In this document: positions 38,536 through 47,550 of the stretch, in pieces
How positions within the stretch are numbered: the stretch's first letter is position 1
How the letters are laid out: the number at the start of each line of letters is the position of its first letter
DNA from: Methanobacteriota archaeon
GTDB lineage: Archaea > Thermoplasmatota > Poseidoniia > Poseidoniales > Poseidoniaceae
Assembly: GCA_002706065.1 (NCBI GenBank)
Contig: PAJM01000017.1
Location: 77,044 to 141,043, forward strand
Direction of reading: 5' to 3'
Length of the DNA: 64,000 bases
The notes under the pieces: generated by a model
Database searches by the model: none
What the model was told of the DNA's origin: nothing
What the model saw: only the letters and a program-made list of their open reading frames with translations
Translations under genes and position numbers: made by a program

Positions 38536-38877
38536 ATGACCGATGAGGGCCCAAGCCTAGACTCCTTTCTCCGACACCTCCAAACAGAGGTTGAAGCAGC
38601 CAATGAAATCGTAGACAAACTCGAACGTAACGATCGTTTATTGCAATTGGAGTCATCGATTCAGGAAGCGATTATCTTTGCCAACCGGTACAAGGAACTC
38701 CAGAATCAAGGCGTTGACCCGCTCCTACTTGTTGACCGTAAAGTGCAACAAGAACGTCCTGCGCCTCCAGCAACAAAGGGTCAATCCATTCTTCTCGGCT
38801 CTTCGACATGCGCAGTATGCGGCAAGTTGATGGAAAGCGATCTTGACTTCTGTCCATCATGTGGAGCAAAGAAGTAA
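38536..38877 (+). CDS. Hypothetical protein with C-terminal zinc ribbon
   Basis: CAVCG...FCPSCG at the C-terminus; TTCAATAA box at -29 from ATG 38536. Confidence 0.7.
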   Translation: MTDEGPSLDSFLRHLQTEVEAANEIVDKLERNDRLLQLESSIQEAIIFANRYKELQNQGVDPLLLVDRKVQQERPAPPATKGQSILLGSSTCAVCGKLMESDLDFCPSCGAKK

Positions 38878-39585
38878 TCACTCTTCTTCTTCACGTGCCC
38901 ATCGAGCAACGGCGTCCATAATGAGAGGGTCATCGTCACCAACACGATAGAGGTACTCGGGTGGTACCTCGTCAGTCAAGAAGACCGTCTTACCAGCACG
39001 GTATATTGTGTGACCGTCGGCAACCGCACGAACGGTGTCGACTTCGATGATTGCGGGACGATCGATACGAACGTGACCTGCCTCCAACGCATTAGTAATG
39101 GTCTTTGAAAGGTGAATGTGATTGCGAGTACCTGATGTAATACCAAGTTGAACAATAGCATCAGCTTCACCAGGTTCGCATGGCCAATACAATGCTTCAG
39201 GAATGTCATCGGTTGGAAGATCAAGTTCAATTTCAATCGAATGACCATACGTCGCCCGAATCATTTCACCTTCGACTTGGTATCGTCCTTTTTCATCTGC
39301 GTTGGCAATGGCCTCAAAGTGCCATCCGCGAAGCCAATGATAATGGCGACGTTGGCTTGAAATCGAATTGGCCAAGTCTCGAGTACTGACCCATCCATTG
39401 ATGTCCATTTCGACGTTGAATTTCTCAGGCGCATGTCGAAGGACCAAAGCAAGCATTCGACCAAGACTACCCGCTTCTCTATCGCTCATGATGAATTTGC
39501 CCTCTTCATTGCATACAGGACAATTCGTACCTGCAAAATGGCCGTTGTTCATTGAACAGTCTCTTTTTCTACACTGACGGAGCAT
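38878..39585 (-). CDS. kptA: RNA 2'-phosphotransferase (Tpt1/KptA) with N-terminal Zn finger
   Basis: LRH.P, D..GW, KGRY, IRATYGHS, R.HIHLS, VFLT..VP. Confidence 0.9.
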   Translation of the reverse strand: MLRQCRKRDCSMNNGHFAGTNCPVCNEEGKFIMSDREAGSLGRMLALVLRHAPEKFNVEMDINGWVSTRDLANSISSQRRHYHWLRGWHFEAIANADEKGRYQVEGEMIRATYGHSIEIELDLPTDDIPEALYWPCEPGEADAIVQLGITSGTRNHIHLSKTITNALEAGHVRIDRPAIIEVDTVRAVADGHTIYRAGKTVFLTDEVPPEYLYRVGDDDPLIMDAVARWAREEEE

Positions 39586-39670
39586 GTTCCGACCCTGCCG
39601 CCTCTCATTGATGAACCCTACGGGTCTTTTCCACCGACTCAATCAAATGCTTGATTCAATTGGAGTCAAC

Positions 39671-40840
39671 ATGGTCGATGTTGCAATGGTCGGTGCTGGC
39701 CAAACAAAATTTGGCAACCATCCACTTGGTCTCAAAGGTATGTGGTCAGAAGCCATTGAACAGGCAATATCGTCAGTCGATCATGGAATTCAAACCACTG
39801 ATGTTGATGAAGCATTCATCGGCAGCATCGCTTTTGGAGGCTCCCAATTGGGCAATACAGCTGCGCTACTCACAGAGCACTCAGGAATGGAAGGTGTAAG
39901 CGTACGTCGCGTTGAAAATGCCTGCGCATCCTCTGGGTTTGCTCTACGAGATGCTTGGATGGCAATCAAGAGTGGTCAAGCCGATGTTGTCATCGCCGGC
40001 GGAATTGAAAAAATGAATGACCTTTCTACCTCAAGAAAGCGATACTGGTTGGGTGTATCAGGCGATACTGAATGGGAACGATTAGCTGGGTTAACATTTC
40101 CAGGAACCTACGCTCTGACCGCACGGCGTTATTTTCATGAATTTGACTCGAATCATGATGACCTCGTCCATGTCTCGGTCAAGAACCACATGCATGGATT
40201 TGAAAATGAGGTTGCTCACTTGAGGAAACAAGTCTCCTTCGAGAAAGCACAATCCGGATTTATGGTTGCAGACCCACTCACCCTCTACGATTGTTGTCCA
40301 ACTTCAGACGGTGCATCGGCTGTTGTTTTGGTTGCAGACCACTTAGCACACAAATTCACAGACACCCCTGTTTGGGTCAAAGGTTCCGGGGCCGGTTCAG
40401 ACCACCTTGCTCTGCATGATCGCCCCAGCATTACACAACTTCGGGCGACACAGGCCGCTGCGAAACGGGCTTATGCAACAGCAGGAATCTCTGCCAACGA
40501 CGTAGACTTAGCTGAAGTCCATGACTGCTTTACCATTGCAGAGGTTCTGGCCACGGAAGACCTAGGATTTGCATCCCGCGGAGAAGGCGGTCGCTTCGCT
40601 CGCGAAGGGGAGGGGCGACGTAATGAAGGACATGTTACCATCAATGCTAGTGGGGGACTCAAATCGAAAGGTCATCCTCTTGGTGCTACGGGAACCGGTC
40701 AGGCCGTTGAGATATTCAAGCAACTTCGAAATCAAGCTGAACCTGCTCGGCAGGTGAGGGATGCTGAATTGGGGCTGACACACAACGTTGGAGGATCAGG
40801 AGCGACCTGTGCAGTTCACATCTTTGGGAGAGATCGATAA
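39671..40840 (+). CDS. Thiolase (acetyl-CoA C-acetyltransferase, archaeal/SCP2 type)
   Basis: VENACASS, GIEKM, CCPTSDGASA, EVHDCFT, GHPLGATG, HNVGG. Confidence 0.92.
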   Translation: MVDVAMVGAGQTKFGNHPLGLKGMWSEAIEQAISSVDHGIQTTDVDEAFIGSIAFGGSQLGNTAALLTEHSGMEGVSVRRVENACASSGFALRDAWMAIKSGQADVVIAGGIEKMNDLSTSRKRYWLGVSGDTEWERLAGLTFPGTYALTARRYFHEFDSNHDDLVHVSVKNHMHGFENEVAHLRKQVSFEKAQSGFMVADPLTLYDCCPTSDGASAVVLVADHLAHKFTDTPVWVKGSGAGSDHLALHDRPSITQLRATQAAAKRAYATAGISANDVDLAEVHDCFTIAEVLATEDLGFASRGEGGRFAREGEGRRNEGHVTINASGGLKSKGHPLGATGTGQAVEIFKQLRNQAEPARQVRDAELGLTHNVGGSGATCAVHIFGRDR

Positions 40841-41643
40841 TGGACATTCAACGAATCTCGAACCAAGACGGTCATTTTGCTTGCAGCAAGTACGGCCAAC
40901 AATGGGCAGGACCAGACGGGGATCGACTCACACTTGCGCTTGCTCTGTTGAAGCAATTGTCTGCAGAAACCATTGCATTGAATTCGTTCGCAGACCATCT
41001 TGAATATACGCCGAGTGTCAGCATAGACGAAATCATCCAACTAAGCACGGGCTGGATTATTGATGAGGATGCTTCGCTACAGTTGCATGCCCACAGGAAA
41101 GGATTCGTTGTTGCAATAACGGAATCAAAAGAAGAACCACGCTGGCCTGATTTTGATACAACAGAAATCCCTGTCGAAACACAGAACGAATTGAACGAAC
41201 AATGGAATGCTGAGGTTTCAGGCGTGAGTCAAGGAGCATATGTTTCTCAAGCACAGCACGTGCTCGCATCATCATCTCGACTTGGCCTGATGGCTCAGGT
41301 AAATCAAGAGAAATTGGTATGGCCTCCACGCCAGCTCAATTCCAGTGGTCAACGGATTGATTCACCTACAGTACAACTCTCTGAGACTGCAACCATCCTT
41401 ACGTGGACGAGATTAAGCGCTGCAGGTGCACCATCCGAATTCTCAGGACGTGCTCCAGTTCTCGACGGAGTAGGAACTGTCCTTGTCGCCTTTGATGAAG
41501 GACCAAAGGGTGTGTTTATGCTTGCCGACGATGAAAACGGCGTTCCTGAAATCGATGGAACCGTGCGATTTGAAATCCGTCGACTGTATGGGCAGGATGG
41601 TGTGATTCACTATGGATTAAAGGCAATTCTTACCAAATCCTAA
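40840..41643 (+). CDS. DUF35-type OB-fold thiolase partner, Zn ligands lost, with N-terminal extension
   Basis: GAYVS, WPPR, TILTWT, OB fold ending RRLY...IHYGLK; overlaps the thiolase stop by 1 nt. Confidence 0.75.
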   Translation: MDIQRISNQDGHFACSKYGQQWAGPDGDRLTLALALLKQLSAETIALNSFADHLEYTPSVSIDEIIQLSTGWIIDEDASLQLHAHRKGFVVAITESKEEPRWPDFDTTEIPVETQNELNEQWNAEVSGVSQGAYVSQAQHVLASSSRLGLMAQVNQEKLVWPPRQLNSSGQRIDSPTVQLSETATILTWTRLSAAGAPSEFSGRAPVLDGVGTVLVAFDEGPKGVFMLADDENGVPEIDGTVRFEIRRLYGQDGVIHYGLKAILTKS

Positions 41644-41690
41644 ACGCGTGGATAGAAGCCTTCATAGAAAGTCTGTACCGTGGAACAATC

Positions 41691-42707
41691 ATGGCTGGGT
41701 TCGGTGGCATTCGCAAAGGAAGGAAAGAAGCGGCTGACAATCTCAGCATCCAAGATGAAGGCGATTGCCCACGATGTGGTGGTGAGAGTCAACCATCGAC
41801 GATGGAAGGCTATCTGATGTGTTCACGATGTTCGTACGAATGGGCTGATCCAAATTATGTTTCAAAAAAGGTGAGGGGACCTCCTCCCAACCATAGAAGA
41901 GATTCTGAATTGATTCAAGAATTCAGAGACGAGATGGAGCGTGGCGACCTCAAAGGTGTTCTTGGTTTTGATTCCAATCTCTCGGATGAACAGGAACAGT
42001 CTCTGAAGCGTCTTGAAGACAAGTGGATGAGTGGCATGCAGGGCCACTACAATGCCGCTTCTGAAGACCGCAAGCCACTGATGATTAGTTTTGATGATGA
42101 TGATAACCTTGTTTCGACTGAAGTCGCAGCGTTAACAATCGTATCGAATGGATTTGATGGTGGGGAGGAAATCCGACTCGAGTATCCAGGTATCGGTACT
42201 GAATTTTATGCGTACAACGAACGCAGTCCCACGGGTTGGAAACGTGGAAGGAGCAGCGAAGAAACCGCACGCTCAATTACAAATGTCATCAACAGATCCT
42301 CTCGTCTTGTCTATGCAAACCTACAAGGAAACCGAATTTCATTTGAATTAAGAGATGACAAACTGAAACCAGAATCATTGGTCCTCTTTGTTGATGACCC
42401 AGGTGGCCAAGACATTGTCGCTGAGAAAGGTGGAGTCATTCTCGATTTCCGTGACATCAATGTTCTTGACGATTACAAAAATGTGATTGCGCTTGTGCTC
42501 GAGGATGGAATCATCTCTCCAAGTGAAGACCAAATGATGTGGGTCATGCGTCAACAACTCGGTATCACGGAGGAACAGCATGTTGCTCTGGTTCAGGAAA
42601 TCTTCGGGGAAAACGCCCTCAAGGAATGCCCAAATTGCAATCAGATGGCAGAACTTTATCCTGAGTACTCTGCGTGGTATTGTCAACCATGTGAAAGTTG
42701 GGTATGA
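41691..42707 (+). CDS. Hypothetical protein with N- and C-terminal zinc ribbons and a TerB-like helical segment
   Basis: CPRC...CSRC; LEDGIISPSE...RQQLGI; CPNC...WYCQPC. Confidence 0.75.
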   Translation: MAGFGGIRKGRKEAADNLSIQDEGDCPRCGGESQPSTMEGYLMCSRCSYEWADPNYVSKKVRGPPPNHRRDSELIQEFRDEMERGDLKGVLGFDSNLSDEQEQSLKRLEDKWMSGMQGHYNAASEDRKPLMISFDDDDNLVSTEVAALTIVSNGFDGGEEIRLEYPGIGTEFYAYNERSPTGWKRGRSSEETARSITNVINRSSRLVYANLQGNRISFELRDDKLKPESLVLFVDDPGGQDIVAEKGGVILDFRDINVLDDYKNVIALVLEDGIISPSEDQMMWVMRQQLGITEEQHVALVQEIFGENALKECPNCNQMAELYPEYSAWYCQPCESWV

Positions 42708-42775
42708 GCACTGTTCTATAGAATAAATCTGATGCAATTAATCGCTGTATTGTGGCGAACGTGGACGAGGGATGC

Positions 42776-42783
42776 TTCATAAG
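42776..42783 (+). promoter_or_regulatory. TATA-like box TTCATAAG starting 28 nt before the actin-like gene start
   Basis: Matches the window-wide motif and spacing. Confidence 0.55.
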
Positions 42784-42803
42784 GTGGACGGTATTCCGTC
42801 AAA

Positions 42804-43841
42804 ATGGCGAACGCTATGGCAGAAGATGTATTGTATATTGGAATTGATTTGGGAACTTTTCGCTCAGTCATGGTCTCCTCTGGAAACCACGAAGAAGAAG
42901 AACTCACCGTAATTGGAACACCGAAAGACCCAATCGCTCGAAACTTCCTCAAGAGGGATGTTCTCTTCGGAGAGGATGCCCTCAAGAACCGATTGGCGCT
43001 TAATTTGTTCCGACCTCTCGAGCTTGGTGTCATCAAGGATACTCAAGAGGATCGCCAATTTATCGCTCACTTCATCACTCACCTGATTGGTCTCTCGGAC
43101 CCTGAAGAGCACGACCGTGTCGTTGCTGTTATCGGTGCACCTGCTGAAGCGAGCCACGTTGACAAAACTGCAATTTTCGACGCTGCTGCTGGAAGCGTCA
43201 ATGCTGCCATGATCATTTCAGAGCCGTTTGCAGTTGCATACGCACTCGACATGATTGAGCACACACTCGTTATTGACATCGGTGCAGGAACAACTGACCT
43301 TTGCCGTGTCTACGGTACAATCCCAGGACCGGGTGACCAAATGCACACCGGATACGCTGGCGATTATGTCGATGCTCAAATCATCAAGGAAGTTCAATCC
43401 AAGTACAACGGTGCACAAATCACCAAGGACATGGCTCGTAGGTGGAAGGAGCAGTATTCCTTTGTCTCCACATCAACTCCAGATGATCCAATTATGGTCG
43501 ACTTCTCCATTGAAGGTAAGGCCATGAACCTCGACATCACAGATTGCGTACAGCGAGCATGCGAGTCCATTGTTGACCCGATCGTTGAGAACGTCAAGCA
43601 ACTCATCGCAGATTCAAACCCTGAATACCACGACCAATTCCGCCGAAACATGGTTCTTGCAGGCGGCGGTTCTGGAATCCGTGGACTTGGCGCACTTATC
43701 GAACGCCGACTTTCCGACATGGGTGACGTGAACGTTCACGTCGTTGATGACCCAGTCCGCCTCGGTGCAATGGGCGGTCTGCGTTTGGCTATGGAAGTTC
43801 CAGAAGACATGTGGAAGAACCTCACCCTTGCATCTCGATGA
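42804..43841 (+). CDS. Actin-like ATPase, MamK-like (MreB/MamK family)
   Basis: IGIDLGT, G.PKD, SEPFAVAY, IDIGAGTTDLC..GTIPGPGDQ...AGDYVD, KEQYSFV, LAGGGSGIRG. Confidence 0.88.
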   Translation: MANAMAEDVLYIGIDLGTFRSVMVSSGNHEEEELTVIGTPKDPIARNFLKRDVLFGEDALKNRLALNLFRPLELGVIKDTQEDRQFIAHFITHLIGLSDPEEHDRVVAVIGAPAEASHVDKTAIFDAAAGSVNAAMIISEPFAVAYALDMIEHTLVIDIGAGTTDLCRVYGTIPGPGDQMHTGYAGDYVDAQIIKEVQSKYNGAQITKDMARRWKEQYSFVSTSTPDDPIMVDFSIEGKAMNLDITDCVQRACESIVDPIVENVKQLIADSNPEYHDQFRRNMVLAGGGSGIRGLGALIERRLSDMGDVNVHVVDDPVRLGAMGGLRLAMEVPEDMWKNLTLASR

Positions 43842-43850
43842 GTTGTTACC

Positions 43851-44537
43851 ATGAACAAAGGGCTTGCCATTGCTGGTGGCGCTCTGATGCTGGTTTCACT
43901 GCTTGGCTTATTCTTTGGATTCATCGCAGTTGCAGGTCATGGACCAGACAGTGAGAACATCCTTCATGATACAGAATTTGATGGTACAACATTTGCCTAC
44001 GATGGCGAAGTTGTTCTTCTCGAAGTGTACGCGAAAGGTGATGTTGATTGTTATTCCTTCTCCATTACGATCACTGGCGAGGACTCCTTAGAGTACTTTT
44101 ATCCAAACTGTGAAACGGGTACAGACGTTAATGGCTACACGTATCTGGGCGACATCGATTTTATGGAAGCCGGAAACTACAACATCAACGCAGAAGGCGA
44201 TGTTGTGATCATTGATGCGGACGGACTGCTTGCACCTGTTTTCATAATGTGTGGAGGAGGGGTATGCTGCCTTGTCGGAATCATTCTCCTCATTGTGGGA
44301 TTGTCGGTAGGGCGCAAGGCTCCCCAAGTGATCTTACTCCAGCAACCTGATGGGAGCATGATGCAACAAACTGGAACCATGGTCCAACCGAATCAAACAA
44401 CTGTTCACCAATACATCCCACCGGTGCAAACCACAACGACTCAAGTCGCATCCGTACACCGTGATGAGACCTCTGCAGAACAAGTCGATCAATCTGAATA
44501 TGAGCCCTTTAGTTTTGAACACAAAAAGGATCCATGA
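43851..44537 (+). CDS. Two-TM membrane protein with acidic extracytoplasmic domain and Q/T-rich tail
   Basis: N-terminal TM, about 100-aa acidic domain, TM with MCGGGVCCLVG, low-complexity C-terminus. Confidence 0.7.
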   Translation: MNKGLAIAGGALMLVSLLGLFFGFIAVAGHGPDSENILHDTEFDGTTFAYDGEVVLLEVYAKGDVDCYSFSITITGEDSLEYFYPNCETGTDVNGYTYLGDIDFMEAGNYNINAEGDVVIIDADGLLAPVFIMCGGGVCCLVGIILLIVGLSVGRKAPQVILLQQPDGSMMQQTGTMVQPNQTTVHQYIPPVQTTTTQVASVHRDETSAEQVDQSEYEPFSFEHKKDP

Positions 44538-45262
44538 TTGGCATGATCGCAAAAAACACTCGCGTTGTTGTTCTTACTGGTGCAGGGATCAGTGCTGAAT
44601 CAGGCATCCGTACGTTTCGTGCCTCAGATGGTCTATGGGAAGAGCATCGAATCGAAGATGTTGCAACTCCCCAAGGATGGCGAGACAATCCACAACTTGT
44701 ATGGTCATTTTATCAACAACGCAGAAGACAACTCCTCGAAGTTGAACCAAATCCAGGGCACATAGCTCTCGCTGAACTTGAACGGTATCTTGATGATTTT
44801 TTACTTGTTACTCAAAATGTCGATGATCTTCATGAACGGGCCGGCTCAAACAATCTCATCCACATGCATGGAGAATTGGAAAAACTTCGTTGTGAAGATT
44901 GTGGTCACATCGAAGCGATGATGGATGAGGAACATCTTACTGATGTATTTGTAGCATGCACTAACTGTGGGTCACGCCTTCGTCCGCACATCGTTTGGTT
45001 TGGTGAAATACCACTTCAAACGCATGAAATTGAAAACGCTTTGAGTCAATGCGATGTCTTCATTGCCATCGGAACGAGTGGACATGTCTATCCTGCAAGT
45101 AATTACTTACACAAAGCAAGCATGCATGGAGCACGAACAATATGCATTAATCTCGATCCTCCTGAGAACATTGAATTCTTTAATGACTTCTTTCAAGGTA
45201 AATCGGGAGAGTTGCTTCCTGAGCTTGTCGAGCAATGGATAAAGGATTCAACAGTGGAATGA
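44534..45262 (+). CDS. cobB: NAD-dependent protein deacylase (sirtuin, class III-like)
   Basis: GAGISAESGI.TFR, FYQQRR, TQNVDDLHERAG, HG, CEDC/CTNC, RPHIVWFGE, GTSG.VYPA. Confidence 0.93.
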   Translation: MIGMIAKNTRVVVLTGAGISAESGIRTFRASDGLWEEHRIEDVATPQGWRDNPQLVWSFYQQRRRQLLEVEPNPGHIALAELERYLDDFLLVTQNVDDLHERAGSNNLIHMHGELEKLRCEDCGHIEAMMDEEHLTDVFVACTNCGSRLRPHIVWFGEIPLQTHEIENALSQCDVFIAIGTSGHVYPASNYLHKASMHGARTICINLDPPENIEFFNDFFQGKSGELLPELVEQWIKDSTVE

Positions 45263-45297
45263 ATCAACTTCAATAATCATCACCGTTTGAGTAAAGT

Positions 45298-46827
45298 GTG
45301 GGTAGACAATCGCTTTCAGAACTCAAGTGGCGTTCTTACTTCCTTGAGGAGACGCCTGGAGACAAGCAAGTTGGCGGTCGACCACGACAAAACCCCGGTG
45401 TCTGTTGGTCGCGTGTTAAACCAACACTCGTTCCAAATCCAGTCTTGCGAATGTGGTCTGAAGAAATGGCTGAGACCCTCAATCTTGAGCAAGTAGACGG
45501 TCAAGTTCTCGGAGGCAATCGATTGGTTGAGGGGATGGACCCCTACGCACAACGGTATGGGGGGCATCAATTTGGAAATTGGGCAAATCAACTTGGTGAT
45601 GGAAGAGCAATCACCCTCGGCGAGGTTGATACAGGACCAGATGTTCTTGAACTGCAATTGAAAGGCCCAGGAAAAACACCGTATTCCCGATTTGCTGACG
45701 GAAAAGCGGTCCTGCGCTCTTCCATACGAGAATATCTTTGCAGTGAAGCTATGCACCATCTCGGAATTCCAACAACGCGGGCTTTATCCTTGGTCACGAC
45801 AGGAGAAAATGTTGTTCGAGATGTCATGTACGACGGAAATCCAGCACCGGAGCAAGGTGCAATTGTTTGTCGAGTTGCCCCGAGTTTTCTTCGGTTTGGT
45901 TCCTTCCAGATTCATTCGATGAATGGCGATCGAGCGACGCTCAAACGCCTCGTTGATTATACAATAGAACACCATTTTCCTTCGCACTCATCCGAATCCG
46001 ATGATGGTCTTCTTGCGTGGCTCGATCAAATCGCTTCTGAAACGGCGATTATGATTGCGCATTGGATGCGTGTTGGATTTGTTCATGGTGTCATGAACAC
46101 GGACAACATGTCGATTCATGGTCTGACCATTGATTATGGCCCCTATGGTTGGATTGAAGATTACAATCCAAATTGGACACCGAATACGACAGATGCTCGA
46201 ACTGGCCGATACAGGTTTGGCCAGCAAGCCCAAATCGGCGCATGGAATTTCGCACGTCTGTTGGAATCCATCAGCCCGTTGTTTGATGAACCTGAGCGTC
46301 TGTACGAGTGTCTGGAGACGTATTACAACATCTACGAGGAACATAATCGATCCATGTGGGTGCAAAAACTCGGATTGAATGAATTCAGAGATACCGATTC
46401 AGAGTTGATACAAAATCTGACCACTGTTCTCCAAAGTGTGGAAACAGATATGACCATTTTCTTCCGATTGTTGTGCACCCTTGAAGAACCGAACATCGCA
46501 CATCTGAAATCAGCCTTCTATGACACGGAATCAATTCCGGTTGAAGAATGGAATGCCTGGCTCAATGCTTGGTGGACTCGTGTCCAAGGCAAACCAGATC
46601 GGACGACAATGCAACAGGCGAATCCGAAGTATGTTTTGCGTAATTGGATGGCCCAATTAGCCATCGATGCTGCAGAAAAAGAGGATTACTCCATTGCTCA
46701 TGAGTTGTATGAACTTCTCAAATCGCCGTACGATGAGCAAGAAGAATTCGAAGAGAAGTGGTTTCAGAAGCGACCCGAATGGGCTCGACATCGAGTTGGA
46801 TGTTCGATGCTGTCGTGTTCCAGTTAG
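45298..46827 (+). CDS. selO: Protein adenylyltransferase SelO (YdiU)
   Basis: YGGHQFG...QLGDGRA, LQLKG.G.TPYSR.ADG.AVLRSSIRE, GFVHGVMNTDN, IDYGPY, NPKY.LRN, terminal GCSMLSCSS. Confidence 0.95.
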   Translation: MGRQSLSELKWRSYFLEETPGDKQVGGRPRQNPGVCWSRVKPTLVPNPVLRMWSEEMAETLNLEQVDGQVLGGNRLVEGMDPYAQRYGGHQFGNWANQLGDGRAITLGEVDTGPDVLELQLKGPGKTPYSRFADGKAVLRSSIREYLCSEAMHHLGIPTTRALSLVTTGENVVRDVMYDGNPAPEQGAIVCRVAPSFLRFGSFQIHSMNGDRATLKRLVDYTIEHHFPSHSSESDDGLLAWLDQIASETAIMIAHWMRVGFVHGVMNTDNMSIHGLTIDYGPYGWIEDYNPNWTPNTTDARTGRYRFGQQAQIGAWNFARLLESISPLFDEPERLYECLETYYNIYEEHNRSMWVQKLGLNEFRDTDSELIQNLTTVLQSVETDMTIFFRLLCTLEEPNIAHLKSAFYDTESIPVEEWNAWLNAWWTRVQGKPDRTTMQQANPKYVLRNWMAQLAIDAAEKEDYSIAHELYELLKSPYDEQEEFEEKWFQKRPEWARHRVGCSMLSCSS

Positions 46828-46830
46828 AGT

Positions 46831-47472
46831 CTACTCCTCTTCCCAACCATGTCGTCTTGCGAGATCTTGGCTCACGAGGGGACCACTGCAATGAGGACAT
46901 TTGTCGGATGGGGAGAGAAGATCAGGACGGATGGCGAGGACGGCCATGCACGTCGGGCAAGCAGCCAACATTTCGCCCTCTTCCAATTCTACCTCTGGTG
47001 CGGTTACCCGTGATGAATATCCTTGTTTGTACAATGGAGAAAAGTGGTATCGCACGCGCTGGAAAGAGCTGTATGATGCATAGGCCATGATGAGCATGAA
47101 CAGCAATCCACCTACTGCCCCTGCAAGAAGTGAGTATAAATTGACTAAAAAGAGAAGGAAAAAGATCACTGATGCAACAGCGAGAATGAGAGCTGCAGGC
47201 CAATATGCCCACGCCCTACGAGAACGGTAGGAATACCATGTCGATACGGTGCAGAAAAGCGGAACAGCCCATATGAGGAGGGCTATGCGTCCAAAATAGG
47301 GTGCTGCGAGACTCCCAAAGTCCCAAGCGATGAGAACGATAATCAAACTATCAATGGCCAAAATCAGTGATGTGCTTCGATGTGTTTGATCGAAGAGCGC
47401 AGAAAGCGTTGCAGAAGCACGTTGTCCTCCGGACCCTGCCAAGACGATGTCATCGCCCCTGTTGCCTGCCAT
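46831..47472 (-). CDS. Membrane protein with C-terminal zinc ribbon
   Basis: About four TMs followed by CPTC...CPHC; TTCATGTG box at -29. Confidence 0.7.
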   Translation of the reverse strand: MAGNRGDDIVLAGSGGQRASATLSALFDQTHRSTSLILAIDSLIIVLIAWDFGSLAAPYFGRIALLIWAVPLFCTVSTWYSYRSRRAWAYWPAALILAVASVIFFLLFLVNLYSLLAGAVGGLLFMLIMAYASYSSFQRVRYHFSPLYKQGYSSRVTAPEVELEEGEMLAACPTCMAVLAIRPDLLSPSDKCPHCSGPLVSQDLARRHGWEEE

Positions 47473-47550
47473 GATTGACGGAATCCGCCACCTCACATGA
47501 AGCCTTGTGAACAGCGAAGATGTCTTGATGGTCAATACTCTCGCAAGGTC

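Noticed and set aside
42804..43841. Magnetosome island
   Set aside because: Only the actin is MamK-like; no mamA/B/E/M/Q-like or iron transport genes are present in the window.
46790..46830. Possible selenocysteine recoding in SelO
   Set aside because: The C-terminal codons are TGT (Cys) and the stop is TAG; there is no in-frame TGA.
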